DNA of 64,000 nt from Owenia fusiformis. Taxonomy: Eukaryota. Both the position numbers and the translations under genes were made by a program. The DNA lies in contig CAIIXF020000001.1 of NCBI GenBank assembly GCA_903813345.2, forward strand, positions 23,808,001-23,872,000, written 5' to 3'. The notes under the pieces were generated by a model that did no database searches, had not been told where the DNA came from, and saw nothing but the letters and a program-made list of their open reading frames with translations. Positions 38,681 through 52,734 of this stretch are shown one piece after another. Position 1 is the first letter of the stretch. Each line of letters begins with the position of its first letter.

Positions 38681-41093
38681 ATGTTGAAGCCTGGTCCCTG
38701 CTGTAATAGAGTAAAGAAGCCTAGAACAGCTTGTACATTATCTGTGAATGGAGTCACCATTTGAATATGTGTTATATGTACATTACTATTTCAGTGAATC
38801 CTGTATATGGAACACCTAAATTGTTCCTTTTGTACAGGTGTTTCTTAGAGAGAATTGTTCATTCATATGTTAGTTGATGAAATTTGGTTCTTTTTAAAAC
38901 TTCTATATAGGTCTTCCTTAAAGAATAAGTGTTCAGTTTGTCAGGTGTTCCTGACAGAGAGGTATTCCATCTGAGAGGTGTTACTGTTCTTTTCTTAAGT
39001 TGTAAGAGGTTCTGATTACTGGAGTTACTTAGGTAATGGCTTTTAAGATAAAAGCAAGTCAATCATGCATGTAAAGACCATCAAGTTTGATTTTTATTAT
39101 TCTCAAGAGATGAAGGTACATAATCTCTTCAAATTAAGAATGTTGAAGAATTTACATTTTGTTAGTTTCCTGGAATACTCTACATTACAATCAATTTGAA
39201 TATGTAAGTTATATACATATAATACGTGAAGTTCACATTCATGAAGTAAAAGTTCCATGGAAAATATATTGGAAAATGTGTTCATTAACTGGTGCTCTAA
39301 CTAATGTAACTGACATCTGTTGCACTATTTAATACCCTTTAATTTGCAAACAAATTAGAATTTCAGCAAAATGATATGTAGCAGTAAGACAATTGATATC
39401 AATGCATTGATTTTTTAAAAAATAGTTTAAAAATTAGCATTTTTTTCTTTATTTGAGTTGAGTGAGCTGTTCAATGTTTCCTTAGCATATTTTTTCAATA
39501 TACCAAGTGGCACCATTTTTTGTTCAATTTATAATGTTAGTTTTGTAAGTGTGTGTTTAAAGCTGTGCATTAACACCAGAGTGTTCTAGATGTGGTACCA
39601 GCATGATAATGTATGTAACATTTATATGCTTTGTGTCTTTTTTAATTTTTAGTTTAAATCTAATTTGGAACATCATGCAGAGAGGTTCACGTCACCTTCT
39701 TATCTTGTTATTTATCGAAAATGAATAAAACAGTGAAATGTCTGACTTGTAAATTGCGAAGTTAGTTAAGGTTTAGTTTATATTCAATTTGGTGATGTGT
39801 AATTAATATATATTTAAGAACTTCTCAACCATTTAGAAGTGCCACTTTTGTGCAACCTTTGCTACTGTTTGTCTGGCTGGTACCACTATGGCTTATTAAA
39901 TAGTAATTTAGTGTAAAATATAAGGGATATTAGAAAGTTGACCAAATAACAGAAATGTGTCATAATTAATGATTAAACTGGTCAAATAGTGTAAGATTCA
40001 CACACAGTGTCAGCATTACTTCCATTAACATTGATACGGAATTGTAAAATAGGAATTTATGTTTATTGTAAAATTTACATTGACAATCGTTAAGGTAGAA
40101 TAGCTGTTTATTTTATATCTTTAAAATATGTTAGTGTTGTACCTTTCAGATAAGAAATGAAGAATTTTTATAAGATATTTTTCTCTGGTGAGTAGTTCAT
40201 AGAGATTATCCTATGAGGTTCAGTCAGGATATTGAGATTATCTTGAGGTTAATATAATACATCTGACAGAGGTTCTCGTACACGTGTGGGAGAAATAGTA
40301 ATATCTGCTGAGATCTCATATTCTCACTTTCAAATACAAAAAAAACTATGTATTCTGGAATATATTCTGAAGCTCATTAAGAACCTTAGTCGTTAATCTT
40401 TTTTGCTTTGTAAAACAATCTGGCTATGGATATGCAAAGTTTAGTGGGAAAATGACATTGATATGATATGATTTACTATGTACAATATCAGTGATATATA
40501 AAAGTTGAGAACTGTACTGTATTGTATTATACAGTACTGTGGAGTACACATACTGTATAACAATAGTACACATACTGTTCTGTGGTGTTATGACTCTACC
40601 ATACTGTAATGCATAAATTCCTTTATTATATAAGATTAATTATGGTATCATATCAGCACAAAATGTACACAAAGTATTTCCTGATTTTATTTATTGTTTG
40701 AATGTTTAGTATAATGTTTATAGTTATTAGATCATTCATTATTGTACAATTGTACCCTATTTTGTGCTATTGCACTCTATTGTAGTGCATGACATAACTA
40801 GATTAGTGACTAGATTAAGGTTAAGTATGTAATCCATGAACAGTTCAGTTTTATTCAACCAGATTTCAGATATTCATGAGGTTTTGTCTACTTTCTAAAT
40901 CAAGACAATATACATGTACATGTAATTTAAGATATTCATAATATTGATATTAAAACAAATAATTTAATAACTTCGTGTGTTCATAAATCATTTAGAAAAT
41001 ACATATATGTACCTCGTTAGTAAAGTAAATACATTTAATTAGCAGTTTACCACCCTGTATATTCTGGTGCCATTGGAGGAGCTGTTCATATCA

Positions 41094-41790
41094 TTTTTGG
41101 CTCACATGGTGACCTTAGGCCCATTTGTCTTTCTGTTCATCCATTCCTTAATAAGGATTATGCCTTGCAAACCCATTGCTGCGTTGGTATAGTTGAAGAA
41201 ATATGAGAGACATTTTAGTATGATTTAAATGGGCTGTTACCAAGAGAGAAATCAACTTGCAAAAATTACTATACTACTTTGCCTTTGAAACAATATTTGG
41301 ACAAATGAAAAGTGTCATTCGTCTTAACTGAGGCTGATATCCATTTGGGTTCATACAGGTAATTTACGACTTTGCTCCTAAGCTTCTACTTCCTTGTTTT
41401 GAGAAATCTGCCTTTTTGTCGTCAAAATATCATATTTTTGGCCAATACGAGCATATATGCAAGTCTGTATCGTTTATAAAGTTCCCAAATAAGACATATT
41501 TTGCAATTGATGCTGAGAAGTATCATTGTTAGTTTCAGCATCCAAGGTTTTAGTTTGCTCAATAGATTATTCAGGAAGTTTGACTAAAATTCAGTTATTT
41601 TTATCCCAAATTTTGCAGTGTAACTCACATGATTCCATGCTGATCTGATTCATTGAGTTGTCATATTGTATTATATTGGCTGTACTTATCTATGATGTTT
41701 TTTGTGACTTGACCTACTTTTGAACTTGAGCTATTTTTAATAATGAGAACTAAGGAACCACCATGTGAGCCCGCAGCAAATGGTGCCATT
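41094..41790 (+). mobile_element. Second HINE-like element
   Basis: T-run followed by GCTCACATGGTG (41100-41111); inverted subterminal copy CACCATGTGAGC (41759-41770). Confidence 0.5.
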
Positions 41791-42337
41791 TTAATGATCA
41801 CACTAATTTGTAATTCAAGAAAATAATATCTGATATACTGTATGGCAACTGTTTATAAACATTAAGTTGTAATGTTGTATCATTTTATAATATTAATGTA
41901 ATTTCAAGTGTTAATTTGAAATAAATTCAATAACATTTCTACTTAAATTGTTCTGTAAAATCAGTGAAAAGAATACAAAATATATGGTACGTGCTGAACA
42001 CTGTGGCATTATAATCAAACATCTCATTGACAATGTGCAACTGACATGTCTGTCTCAAGGGATCAATAATTTTCTATGAATTCTTAATAACATGCAGTGC
42101 CTCTTAGGCTTCACTTCCTATTATAGGTTGTATAATATCTTATATGCCCTAAATATGTCTTGAGACCAACTTCTCCGCACAGTATTGCCAATGCAATTGA
42201 GAAAATAACAACCAACTGTCAAAATTTGAGCTTTCTGCCATCAAATGTAATTCCATCAGTATTTTTACATGACTTGAACTAGAACCCAGGCAGCCAAATA
42301 CGAACTGTTTTTTAATTTCACTTCAATTTCTGACCAT

Positions 42338-42578
42338 GCCCCACCCCCCTTTAGTGGGCCCAGAAAAAATATTTAGTTTCTGGGCCCCACAATTTTGTAG
42401 GGCCTCAAAAAATAATTTGGTCTTTTTGGGGCCAATTTATCAAAAATCGGCCTTAGTTTTCAAAAAGGCCCAATATTTGGTTTTAGGAGCCCAAAATGTT
42501 GAGTTTTGTTTTGAAATTTTTTTTTCCAGACTCAAAATTTGCCCCCCCCCCCCTTGTTAATTTCTGGATCCGCCAATG
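42338..42578 (-). repeat. Fragment of a CA(C/T)TGGCGGATCCAG-terminated dispersed repeat; related end at 395-460
   Basis: CTGGATCCGCCAATG (42564-42578) with a poly-C run; CACTGGCGGATCCAG plus a poly-G run at 395-421. Confidence 0.55.
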
Positions 42579-43358
42579 GACACTGCAACTTGAACATGCA
42601 GAATCTCGAATGCATGGTGATGTATAAAGTCTCCATCAGAGGCTATGTGTTACATTCTGAATGGTAAATGTGGGTAAAGTTCTTGCCAAATGCCAACTTC
42701 ATCTATGATGGGTAGACTGTAACACACCAGCTCTGATGACTTAGAGTATTTGGAGTTATGACTTGCATCAGAGAGTCAACATCAATGTCAAATTTTAATA
42801 AAGACCCTATATTATAGATTGATCTCTGCACCTATGATGGGCTACTATTAGAAGTCTGCCAAATGTAAAAGCTTTTACCTGTATTTTGGACGGGGTGGGG
42901 GATACCTTTAAGACCCATTTTCCTTTAGAAATGATTCAAGAAATGGAATGTTCTAGTCTGATCAAAGAGATTTTGTATCCATCTAATGGTTGATTGATAC
43001 TGACTAAACTTTTCAATTTAGCATGGGCTTTCAAATGCCCATGAATATAGGAAAGCTAGGCCCTTACTTTCATGGATATAATTTCCTTCAAGCCCTTGAA
43101 AGACATTTTTGAACTGTATATGAGACTAGGAGGGTCCTTAAATTCATGGTGTAACTTAAAAATATCCAAAGTTAAATGAGCCTTGCTGCTTGGAAAAATG
43201 TACTGTTAGTTTACATAGCACAGCTCCCTACTTCTACATATTGAAAGTCGCGTATGTGCACAACCTTCGAAACTGAATCCATTTTCATGTTTTTCTGCAC
43301 GTGAAGAATTTTTATTCAGTTGGTCTTTATGTCGAATTGAAGACATACATAAGCACAA

Positions 43359-46300
43359 ATGAGTATAAAACGGAAGCCTATCGATGTGTCGGAGCCGTCA
43401 ACACCAGTGGGATCCCCTGTGAAGCGCCAGTCAACCGGGAAACATAAACAGAAGAGTATCAAATCTCCACAACATGTTCAGTTGAATGAACTCTACAATA
43501 ACTCTGAATACAAATCGAAGCTTGGACATTCGTTCAAAACAAAAGCTTCGTTAACAGGTATGTCGATAATTTGCAACAGAAACAAGGAGGATTGGCAGCC
43601 ATTATTCTAACTCGATCCTTTGTTGCATTGCGTGGAACAATTTCATAAAAATATTTCTATTCCTTGGACCAAGTATTTCATTGGAGATGGGCATTACATA
43701 CCTTCTTCTAAGGCCACTGTATCGTGGCCTTCGTCCAAAGATAAATTCCTGCATGTATAACTGGTAACTGGTCATGTCATAATCATAATTTGAAATCAAA
43801 TATCCACCATTTTTCCACATCACAATTTGAATTGCGAGTTTTGGTCTTATATAATATATTACCTCACCAAAAATTCCAAAACACACATGAAGTGATCAAT
43901 GTATTAGTTCACATCTTCTGGATCGCTAACTTAGAATTTACAGCCAGTTACTAATGTCAGACATTAACGACATTTCGTCCAGTTTTCGAATAGCGCCATT
44001 TTTCGTGGTTTGTTTTAATTTTAGATGAAATCCTGACGAAATCATGCAATATCTCTGGTGATTTTTAGAATATTCAATAAATGAATTAAATGTATACCTC
44101 TGTAATTTGAGACAGTCACTACTTTTTTTGGCTTTGAGAGAATGTTTAGGCTGGTGGTAGAATAAGAATTGATAAAGTCAAAAATATGTGCATACTAGCA
44201 CGGTTACTTTTCATTTTTTGAAATATAATCAATGTATGGTTGTATTGTATGAACGTAAGACCAGAAATTCAGACAAAGTGTACACAGTGTAGAACAGCTA
44301 AGAGAAACCATATTTCCAAAGAATGCAATTGTTTTTTAGATGATTGTGCCACCCTACATAATGACCCATTCATGTGCTGTGTGTTGCCAGACTTCTTGGA
44401 TGATCCACAATTTCTAGATGGTCTACAAAATGAAATGGAAGATCAGATATACTATCAGAAAAATAACGATCTTTACAAGTTCCAACAGGTCTGTTCAAGC
44501 ATTTTAGAAGAAAAGAAATAAAAAATGGTGTGAATATAAATAAATTGAAGTATGATAAAAACCCTACAATATTATACAATATAATAGTTCACAGTTATTC
44601 ATCGAGATTAGAATTGAATATTTGTTTTATTATTCACTGTTATATTCCTCACTCACTTTAATGGAATAACAAACTATTAATGTCTAATTAATCATAACAA
44701 TGTACTCCCAGATATATACAAAATTAAAATTATACTGGACTAAATCGGACTGGTGAATATCATTTGGTATTCAACGAAAGTCAGGAATATGACAGTGTGA
44801 TATAATAATGATTTATATTCTAAGCTTAATATTTTATATATTATACCGATAAATTGGCTCATTATACTGTTTAATTTCAGAGTGATGATTTAAAGAAATG
44901 TAAGAGCCCCCATATAAAAGCACTAAGGTATGGAAAAGTTATGTGAAGCATCACTTGGATTTTCAATGTTATACTAGGTGATTGTTTGTGGCCTTAAAAA
45001 CACTTGACAACAGAGCTCAATTACCAAGAATATGTTAAAGATACATTAGCATACTCGTAAGGAAAAATAAAAATAAAGAAACGATTTTAATTAATTTTTT
45101 ACCAATTTATTTAACTTAAAAGATGAGTTTTTGTTTGTACATACACTTTATATTGTAGGAAACTTTTATCAGGGAGTTTTGTACAATGGCTTCGAGATGT
45201 GACAGGTATTCCCCTATCTAGCAAGATTGACATGACTTGTTCCAGATATGACCATACTGGTGAGTCAGTTATATTGGTAAATACACTTTTTTATGTTACA
45301 TTATTTAATGTTATGCATGTACATGTATATGTATAAAGCCACTGTTTTTATGACCAGTATTTGGTATTTGTATAATTGTCAGTCATCTTTCTGCAGTTTG
45401 TGTCATACAAATTATTGCACTTTGTAACTATTCACAATAACTTACTCAGTGGTTCACTGTTGTAACATGAGTGCCTTGTTTGTGAATTATTTGTTGAATT
45501 AAAGAGGCACTGACTGATTATTTGTTATTTTCATATGTATGCTTCAGACACTTTACTTTGTCATGATGATGAACTGGAAGGGAGAAGAATTGCATTTATC
45601 CTTTACTTGGTGCCTGTCTGGAGTAAAGAGGATGGTGGCACATTAGATCTATTCAACATGGATGGTAGGTAGAAACAGCAAAATTAATTACCATAAATGA
45701 AAACAGCATTATTAATTCTAAAATATGCAATACATATTTTAATTTAAAGTTTATTTGTATTAAAAATAGTTAAATGGACTTTTCATTAATGTTTTCCCCA
45801 CAAAAACAATGTATAAAATATAATTTTGATTTAATGATTATTTTCAGAGTATGGTCAGCCGAATGACATTGTTAAATCTATTATTCCATGTAGGAATACA
45901 TTTGCTTTCTTTGAAGTTACTGAAGCATCACATCACCAGGTAAAAGTCAATGGAGTTATAATCTGAACACATTTTCTGCAAATTTGTGGCCCAATGTTAT
46001 TATATTGTAGTGTGATTGATGAATGCCTTTGTAAGTCTTATAATTTTTATGTCACCACCAAAAAGTGGTATATTTGAGATTTGACCTTCAATGACCTTTT
46101 CAAGGTCAAAAAAAGATTAAAAAGGTCAAAAAGGTATTTTTAACTTGCTTCAAATTGACCTTTTTTCAAAATCATCTACAAGTTATCAGAAGTTCAAATC
46201 TGACTTTAGATATGAGACTTGACCTTCAATGACCTTTTCAAGGTAAAAATAGGTGAAAAAGGTCTTTTTCAACTTGCTTCAATTTAATGGACCAATTTTT

Positions 46301-49300
46301 TTTTTAAATCATATACAAGTTCTCAAAAGTTCAAATCTGGCTATTGATTTGACCTTCAATGACATTCTCAAGGTCAAAAAAGATTTGCCCTTCAATGACC
46401 TTCTCAAGGTCAAAAAAACATCTCCAAGTTCTTAAGTTCAAATCTGACTTAAGATTTGAGATTTCACCTCCAATGACCTTCTCAGGGTAAAAAAGTTATT
46501 TTTTTATTGACCAATTTATTTTTTCAAATTCATCTACAAGTTCTCAGAAATTCAATTCTTACTTAAGATTGAACTCATAATACTGTGAGCAGCTAGGTGA
46601 TGACATTTTGTCATGTTAATGCCTTGTTATTTTGTACAACCCATTTCTTTTACCCACTAGTTTAACATAAAAGGCCAACATATTGTCATGTTATGAATGT
46701 TCAAGTCAAGAATGGTTATAGATTGAAGATTGAAGTTATAGATTTCTCATGTGCATAAGACATTAAGTTTTCAGAACAAAAACGATTCAACAATATTGAC
46801 CATTTCTTGGCTCCAGTACAATATCATTACCTTATGTTCTCTTTATGTGCATGTCATATAGGTGTCCGAAGTACTAGCTGAAGGTAAAGTGAGGCTCTCA
46901 GTGAATGGCTGGTTCCATGGTCCAAATATTCCACGCCCCAAACGTCATATAGAAGTACCGAGGCCATTAGAACCACACATTCCAACAGAGGTAAACAGCT
47001 TTTGAAAATTTGAATAGGTGGAGACTAGATGTAATGCTTGAATATATTTAAAGAATGCAACATTATTGGGATGTTAAAGCTGAGGGAGGGAAAGAACATA
47101 TTTATTTGACACCCAATTTTTTACATTTACTGTACTTTGGTTTCTGATCAGTAAAGTCTAGAAGTACATGTAAATAAGACCCCTCATGTAGATTCAGTGT
47201 CACTGAACCGAACTGAACGAACTGAACATACCTTGACATATCATATGGATTTTTTTCTTTAGATGAGGATAATGAGGCTGTATTCTTCTTATAAGGTGAA
47301 ATGTGATTTCTGTGTTTTATAGGAGGACATCTTGTATGAATGGGTCAACCCTATATACCTGGATATCAATGTGCAATCCCAGATTCAGGAGAAGTTTGAG
47401 GAGGACTCTGAAATAGAACTTAAAGAATTCATAAAGGTATTTATCCTATCGAACAAAGAGGGATATAGGGAACGCCTCCGCCTGTCCGTCCGTACTGCCA
47501 TTTTTGCTATATACTTTGTATGTAAAAATGCCAGCCATGGCTGTTCAATGGGATTTGCTACGCTTTGGAGTTGCTGTTGTCTTATATTTTGCAAATACAA
47601 ATCTGTCAGTAAAGTTGTTGGACCTTGTTACAGTTAAATTACATGGAAGTAATAGCGGCAATAATATTTTGAAATTAATAAGAAGTGAATGCTTTCTTTA
47701 GGGCTCAACCTAAACTCAAAATGAAATAAATCATAGTGTCCTTTAGTCGACCTGTGTAAGAATAATCTCAAACTGGCTACGACTATGATCTTTCAGACTG
47801 AAATTGACCTCTCATACTGACTTTCATAAATTTATATTACGATCCATAGTGTTCAATTTTCAGGAGGAAAAATATCAGCAACTAGTGCAAGAAATGAAAG
47901 ACCACGATGTGGAATGGGAACACATAGGACCCCCTAATAAAAGGTACAACAGATCAAGTACAATCACATTCCTGATCCACAGAGTACAGGATAAGCACTG
48001 ATCCACAGTATATTGCATTTAGGCTCTTATCCAACAAAAATTAAAAGTAGTGCTCTCTTTTTACCTTGGATGAATAAATCTTTAATATGTGTATACATGT
48101 ACCTTCAGATTTTTAAACTGCATTATTTCCCCGGTGTAACAAAATTGTATATCAAATCTTTTAAATAATTGCACGATAAAACTTTTCAGAAATTACAATG
48201 CAGCCAATGTTAAGACATTGCCTAGCTTAATGAGGGAATGTATCAAGTTGTTCCAATCAGAAATGATGTTCCTGACACTCTCAAACATGACTGGGCTGTC
48301 TTTTCATGCCCTTGCACCCAGTGATAGTGAATCTGATGATGAGCCTGACACTGAAAGTGATAACCTTGGAGAAGCAAGCAAGGAGAGTGTTAAAGCCAAC
48401 ACTGAGAGGCAAGACTCTAGTGTAATGGACACAGGGTTGGAACATACTGAACCTGATACAGATCACACCATAGATGCCACACATGTAAAAGTGACTCAGA
48501 GACAAGATTCTAGCATAATGGACACTAATGACACTCATAACACTGGAACGGCAATTGAGAGGCAGGACTCCTCTGTCATGGATACCAGTGAATCTATGGG
48601 TGGTCACAATTTGAGATCAAGGGCAAGATCGACCTCATCTTCAGAGTGCAATGTTAGCGTAAAAGGAAAATCTAAAACTAAAAAAGATGCTGGTGAAGGA
48701 AAAAAGAAAAACAGTAAAGGTATGTGATTGTAATGCATGCATGAGAAGCAGATATACTTATAGGGTACATTTTTCAAGTTCTTAAGCAAAGCATGTCTAT
48801 GCAAAGCATTTAGAAATCAATCTTTTTGTCTTGTAAATGGCTACACGGCACACATACTGGAATGCATGAGAAGCAGATATAGGGTACATTTTTCAAGTTC
48901 TTTAGCAAAGCTTGTCTATGCAAAGCATTTAGAAATCGAACTTTTTGTTTTGTAAATGGCTACATGGCACACATAATGTTTAATTGTTGTCTTGTAAATG
49001 GTCTAGCGCCTCTTGCCAGCTCATGTTATTCTAGATATTGTATTTCTTCAAACACTTCTATATTTCTTATGTTTAATAGAGGAAGACCAACATTCATCAT
49101 TTCTATTATTTTAGAGAAAGCTCCCAAGAACCCACGTTGCCATGGAGAATTGAGAAAATGGCAGCATGGTGACTACACATTGGTGCATGATACAGATTCA
49201 GAGGGGGCAGAATTTGCACTGGATGCAAACTTCTTCTGTTGCTGTAAAGGTATAACTTTTGATATATCAAGGCTATTTAGTATATTAAGCTAGGCTATTA

Positions 49301-50571
49301 AGCTGCTAGTTAAGTGGTTACTACATGAGGACGATGGCATTAGTCTAATGTTTCTATTTTAAGGTATTATTAATCGTATGTTAAAGTGACATCCCAACTG
49401 TTCAACTCACCTGTCTTTGCCCATTAGTACTTGTATAGTAGTTATGGTCACCATTAAATAACTCAGATGCGAGTAGGTAGTTTCTAGTTTCATCACCAGG
49501 CGGCTCATTCGGTTGGTGAGATAGCATGGCGGGTATAATAGAAAGTTCCCTTTAACTTAATATTATCAGTTTTAGTGGTTCAATTTTCATATCACCCTAA
49601 TGTAAAGAAATTTCACTGATTTTATAACATATGGGGAATCTCCCGGAACTAGAAATCACATTTTCCCAAAATTTTAAATTTTCAAAGTTGGTAAACAATT
49701 TTAGAAACTATATTTCTAGATGTACGTTTACATGTAGATTTCAAATATGACATCATTTTGACTGAATTTTGAATATTTAATGAAGTAAATCAGGATTATT
49801 TCTACTCGCATCTAGTCTATTGAATACAAGTACAATTGTGTCATTGTTCCAGGCTGGAAGCAGGAGTATGGGGGCTTCACAAGTTACATCACTAAGGGTG
49901 AGGATGAGGAGGTATGTACATTTATCTTCTCATATGCTGATCTTGTGCATTGTTGATACAGGTGCCTATCTGAGGCTAATGTAAACTACTGTATCTCTGT
50001 CATCATGCAGTATGGTGTCACAGCATCACTTAAAAGAATAACAATTTACCAGTAGCTCAGATATGGTGGTTCTACCAATAAAAACAAGTCCTTTGCGATA
50101 ATTTCACTCAAAGAAGAGTAAAAGGTGACTAATGCTTTACAAAGAAAAGTTTTTTGTTTACTTTGTAGTGTGCTAATCTTGCTGGCACTCTAAATGAATT
50201 TTAATATACCACTGGTATATCTTTTTTTAAAAGAAATGTACATCCAAAAGAAAAGTTTCAAATAAACACCTGTTCAAAATAAATGCCTATTAGATAAGCC
50301 AGAAATCTGGTAGACCATGTGTTATGGGCATTTTTAAATTTTTAGTTTGGGGGCCTTACAACTTTACAATTACTGTATAATTTTTTATATTTGTACCTAT
50401 AAACTGGGGTTTGTTTATTTTCAGTTATTAACTGTGCAGCCATTGGACAATTCCCTGGCCCTTGTATACAGAGACAAGCAATCTCTAAAGTTTGTGAAGC
50501 ATATCAACAGTCTAGTGAAACAGGCCGAGAGAGACCATTTTTATGACATTTCATTTGTCTACTACGAGTAG
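43359..50571 (+). CDS. OGFOD1: Prolyl 3-hydroxylase OGFOD1 (2OG-Fe(II) oxygenase, TPA1/sudestada1 family), about 632 aa
   Basis: 13 exons: 43359-43557, 44340-44488, 44881-44927, 45159-45259, 45548-45664, 45848-45939, 46862-46990, 47323-47436, 47864-47943, 48190-48719, 49115-49249, 49853-49911, 50425-50571, all in phase. Motifs [35 protein letters not shown] (HxD), [63 protein letters not shown]. Confidence 0.95.
46044..46627 (+). mobile_element. Helentron-associated-like repeat, copy 2 (OGFOD1 intron 6)
   Basis: Nearly the same termini and internal units as 36470-36877, with more internal repeats. Confidence 0.65.
48733..48975. repeat. Tandem duplication of about 120 bp in OGFOD1 intron 10
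   Basis: ATGCATGAGAAGCAGATAT...GTAAATGGCTACA(C/T)GGCACACATA is present twice. Confidence 0.85.
49700..49818 (-). repeat. Dispersed repeat family, also at about 25690-25780 (+) and about 36272-36395 (+)
   Basis: Shared core AGTCAAA..ATATCAT.TTTGAAATCTACAT.TAA.....CATCTAGAAAT.T..TTTC.AAAAT. Confidence 0.7.
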
Positions 50572-51386
50572 ATGACTAGAATATTATTAGTATATAGTCA
50601 ATGCAGTAATGCAGTAGAGTTGCAATGCAAGTTGGTGCTTGCCTGGTCGGAGAAAGTGCCATATGCTACATACAGATTGTGATGTGCAACTAAAGAGTAA
50701 CATTGAATCCAATATAAATGTACTGCTTCAAGTTCAAATTTTTAGTTTTCACAACTTGGACAGTTAAGAGGTTTTGTTCTCAAGCTTTAACGCATGTTGA
50801 GGCTGAATCAGCTGAATGTGCATTAGGGTCAGAAACTGGAGATTGAATTTAGCCAAGCTTGAAGATTATGGATATACGTAACTGTCTAGAATTTCATATA
50901 TCAGAAGTTCCATTTAACATATAGACACACAACCCAGGATCGTTTTGATTTTAGATGAAATCTGGCTGTTCTCAAACTTGCGATAAGGGAAGTTTGTTAG
51001 ACCAATATGATTATACACAGCTGTGCAAGTTTTGATATTTTGAATAAATTACTCCTGCTGTAGGACAACGGAACAGTTGCTGCTTCCATGTCAGTGGTAG
51101 TGTGTCTGTGTTAATGGTTCCATAATAAGATAAAAGAATATTCAATTATTTGCTCCATTCTTTTGCTTCAAAATCTATTCACCAAGATACACACCAACAT
51201 AGATTTTTGTTATATCATTTCCAGATTTCATCATCTTCGCTATAAAACACACTCTACCCTACCACGTGACCACATTTAAAAGGGATACAGGCTACAGTGA
51301 AGTGCCAAATGTTTATTTTCATATTTCTGAAGGTATACTAGATTTTAGATATCTTCCAAGTGTTCTACTATACATAATATAGATTC

Positions 51387-51751
51387 CAGGGTTCTCACTA
51401 GGCTTTTAGACTCTGGAGATTCTCTGGAGTCTAATGTCTTTAAACCCTCTTGCTCCATAGTCTAATAGCCTCTCTGGAGTCTAAAGCGTTTTTTTCTGGA
51501 GTCTAATTTTACATTTCTGTCACATTATTTGTGATAAATCCCTTGAGAAAATATACAAAACTGGATAAAAACAAGGAATAGGAAGTGGGAAACCTTTCAG
51601 AAATGTATTTTGTGATTACAATAGGTAGATAATCTTAAGTAGTATTTTGAAAAGTATACAAATAGTATATCTCTGATCTCAAACGTCAAATGAGTGAGTA
51701 GTCGTGATACTGCAAAAATCCGGGGTCTAAAAATTCCTGGTGAGAACCCTG
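51387..51751. mobile_element. hAT-like MITE (CAGGG...CCCTG) with 5-bp flanking direct repeat
   Basis: TIR CAGGGTTCTCAC(T/C)AGG; GATTC at 51382-51386 and 51752-51756; subterminal CTGGAGTCTAA repeats. Confidence 0.75.
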
Positions 51752-52734
51752 GATTCATTGAGCACGGATTTCATTGTATTAAAAAATTGAAAAATGCTCT
51801 AGATAAAGATAGAGAATACCTGCTCCATCTGCAACTTTACTGTAGCGTGTATCGTTTTAAACCTAGTAGTGTAGTGTCTAAAAGTAATTAAGAAGTTGAG
51901 TTTGGTTTGTATGTGGGAATGATGGCGGGGAAATTTGGAAGTACAATATGTACTGCATCTCTTATCTTGATCATTATAATACTGTAATGATGCCTATTGT
52001 GCATCCATTTCACATACAATGTTATTCTCCGAGGTTTGATTCTGTAATACAAAATATCTGGTGTTTAAAATCTGGGAATAAGTGTATTTTTTAAATTCAC
52101 TTAAATATTTATCTCAAGGCCGCAATATTGTTCACTCTATCATGTATTTATTGTTCTTGATCTGAATCGTATAGTAACTTATAAAATAAATACAATACTT
52201 TATTATTAATAACATACTTTATTTTTTGTATCTTTATATAAAATTACAATAAGTAACTTAATACATCAGAACCTGTGTCACTGTGTGAGTGGAACACAAA
52301 AAGTGTTCCACTTCTGTCCTACATTCCTTTCATTTTTAAAAATTATGGCAAGTGGAATGAGGTGATCCACCTACAGTAGTGTTCCACTAGACAGTTTCTA
52401 CTATATCTACTTTTAAAAAATGCAAATAAGTCTACTTTCTCAACCTAGTGGAAGACAAGAGTGACATTCCATTTTCAATACAAACTGAGCTTGAAACACA
52501 ATACTGGATATTCATTCAGATAATTGATGCACACATCTATCAATCCACCACCATAATCTCACAAGCAATGTTTCTGTAATCTAAATAATTTATTCAAAAT
52601 CACAAAGTATGATATTACATATTTCATGAAAATCAATCTTTTCCAAGTGAATATAGTCACTAAAAGTAACATCGTATGATCGTATGATCTGTAAAATGAA
52701 GCCGTCTGATTGGTCAGTTATTGTGCTGTACCAA

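Noticed and set aside
37978-38760. Three overlapping minus-strand ORFs with repeated MYIHQVMAPTLTCTYTKLWLQH peptides; superficially CRISPR-like periodicity
   Set aside because: Products of the 35-bp minisatellite. There are no unique spacers or cas genes, and the context is eukaryotic.
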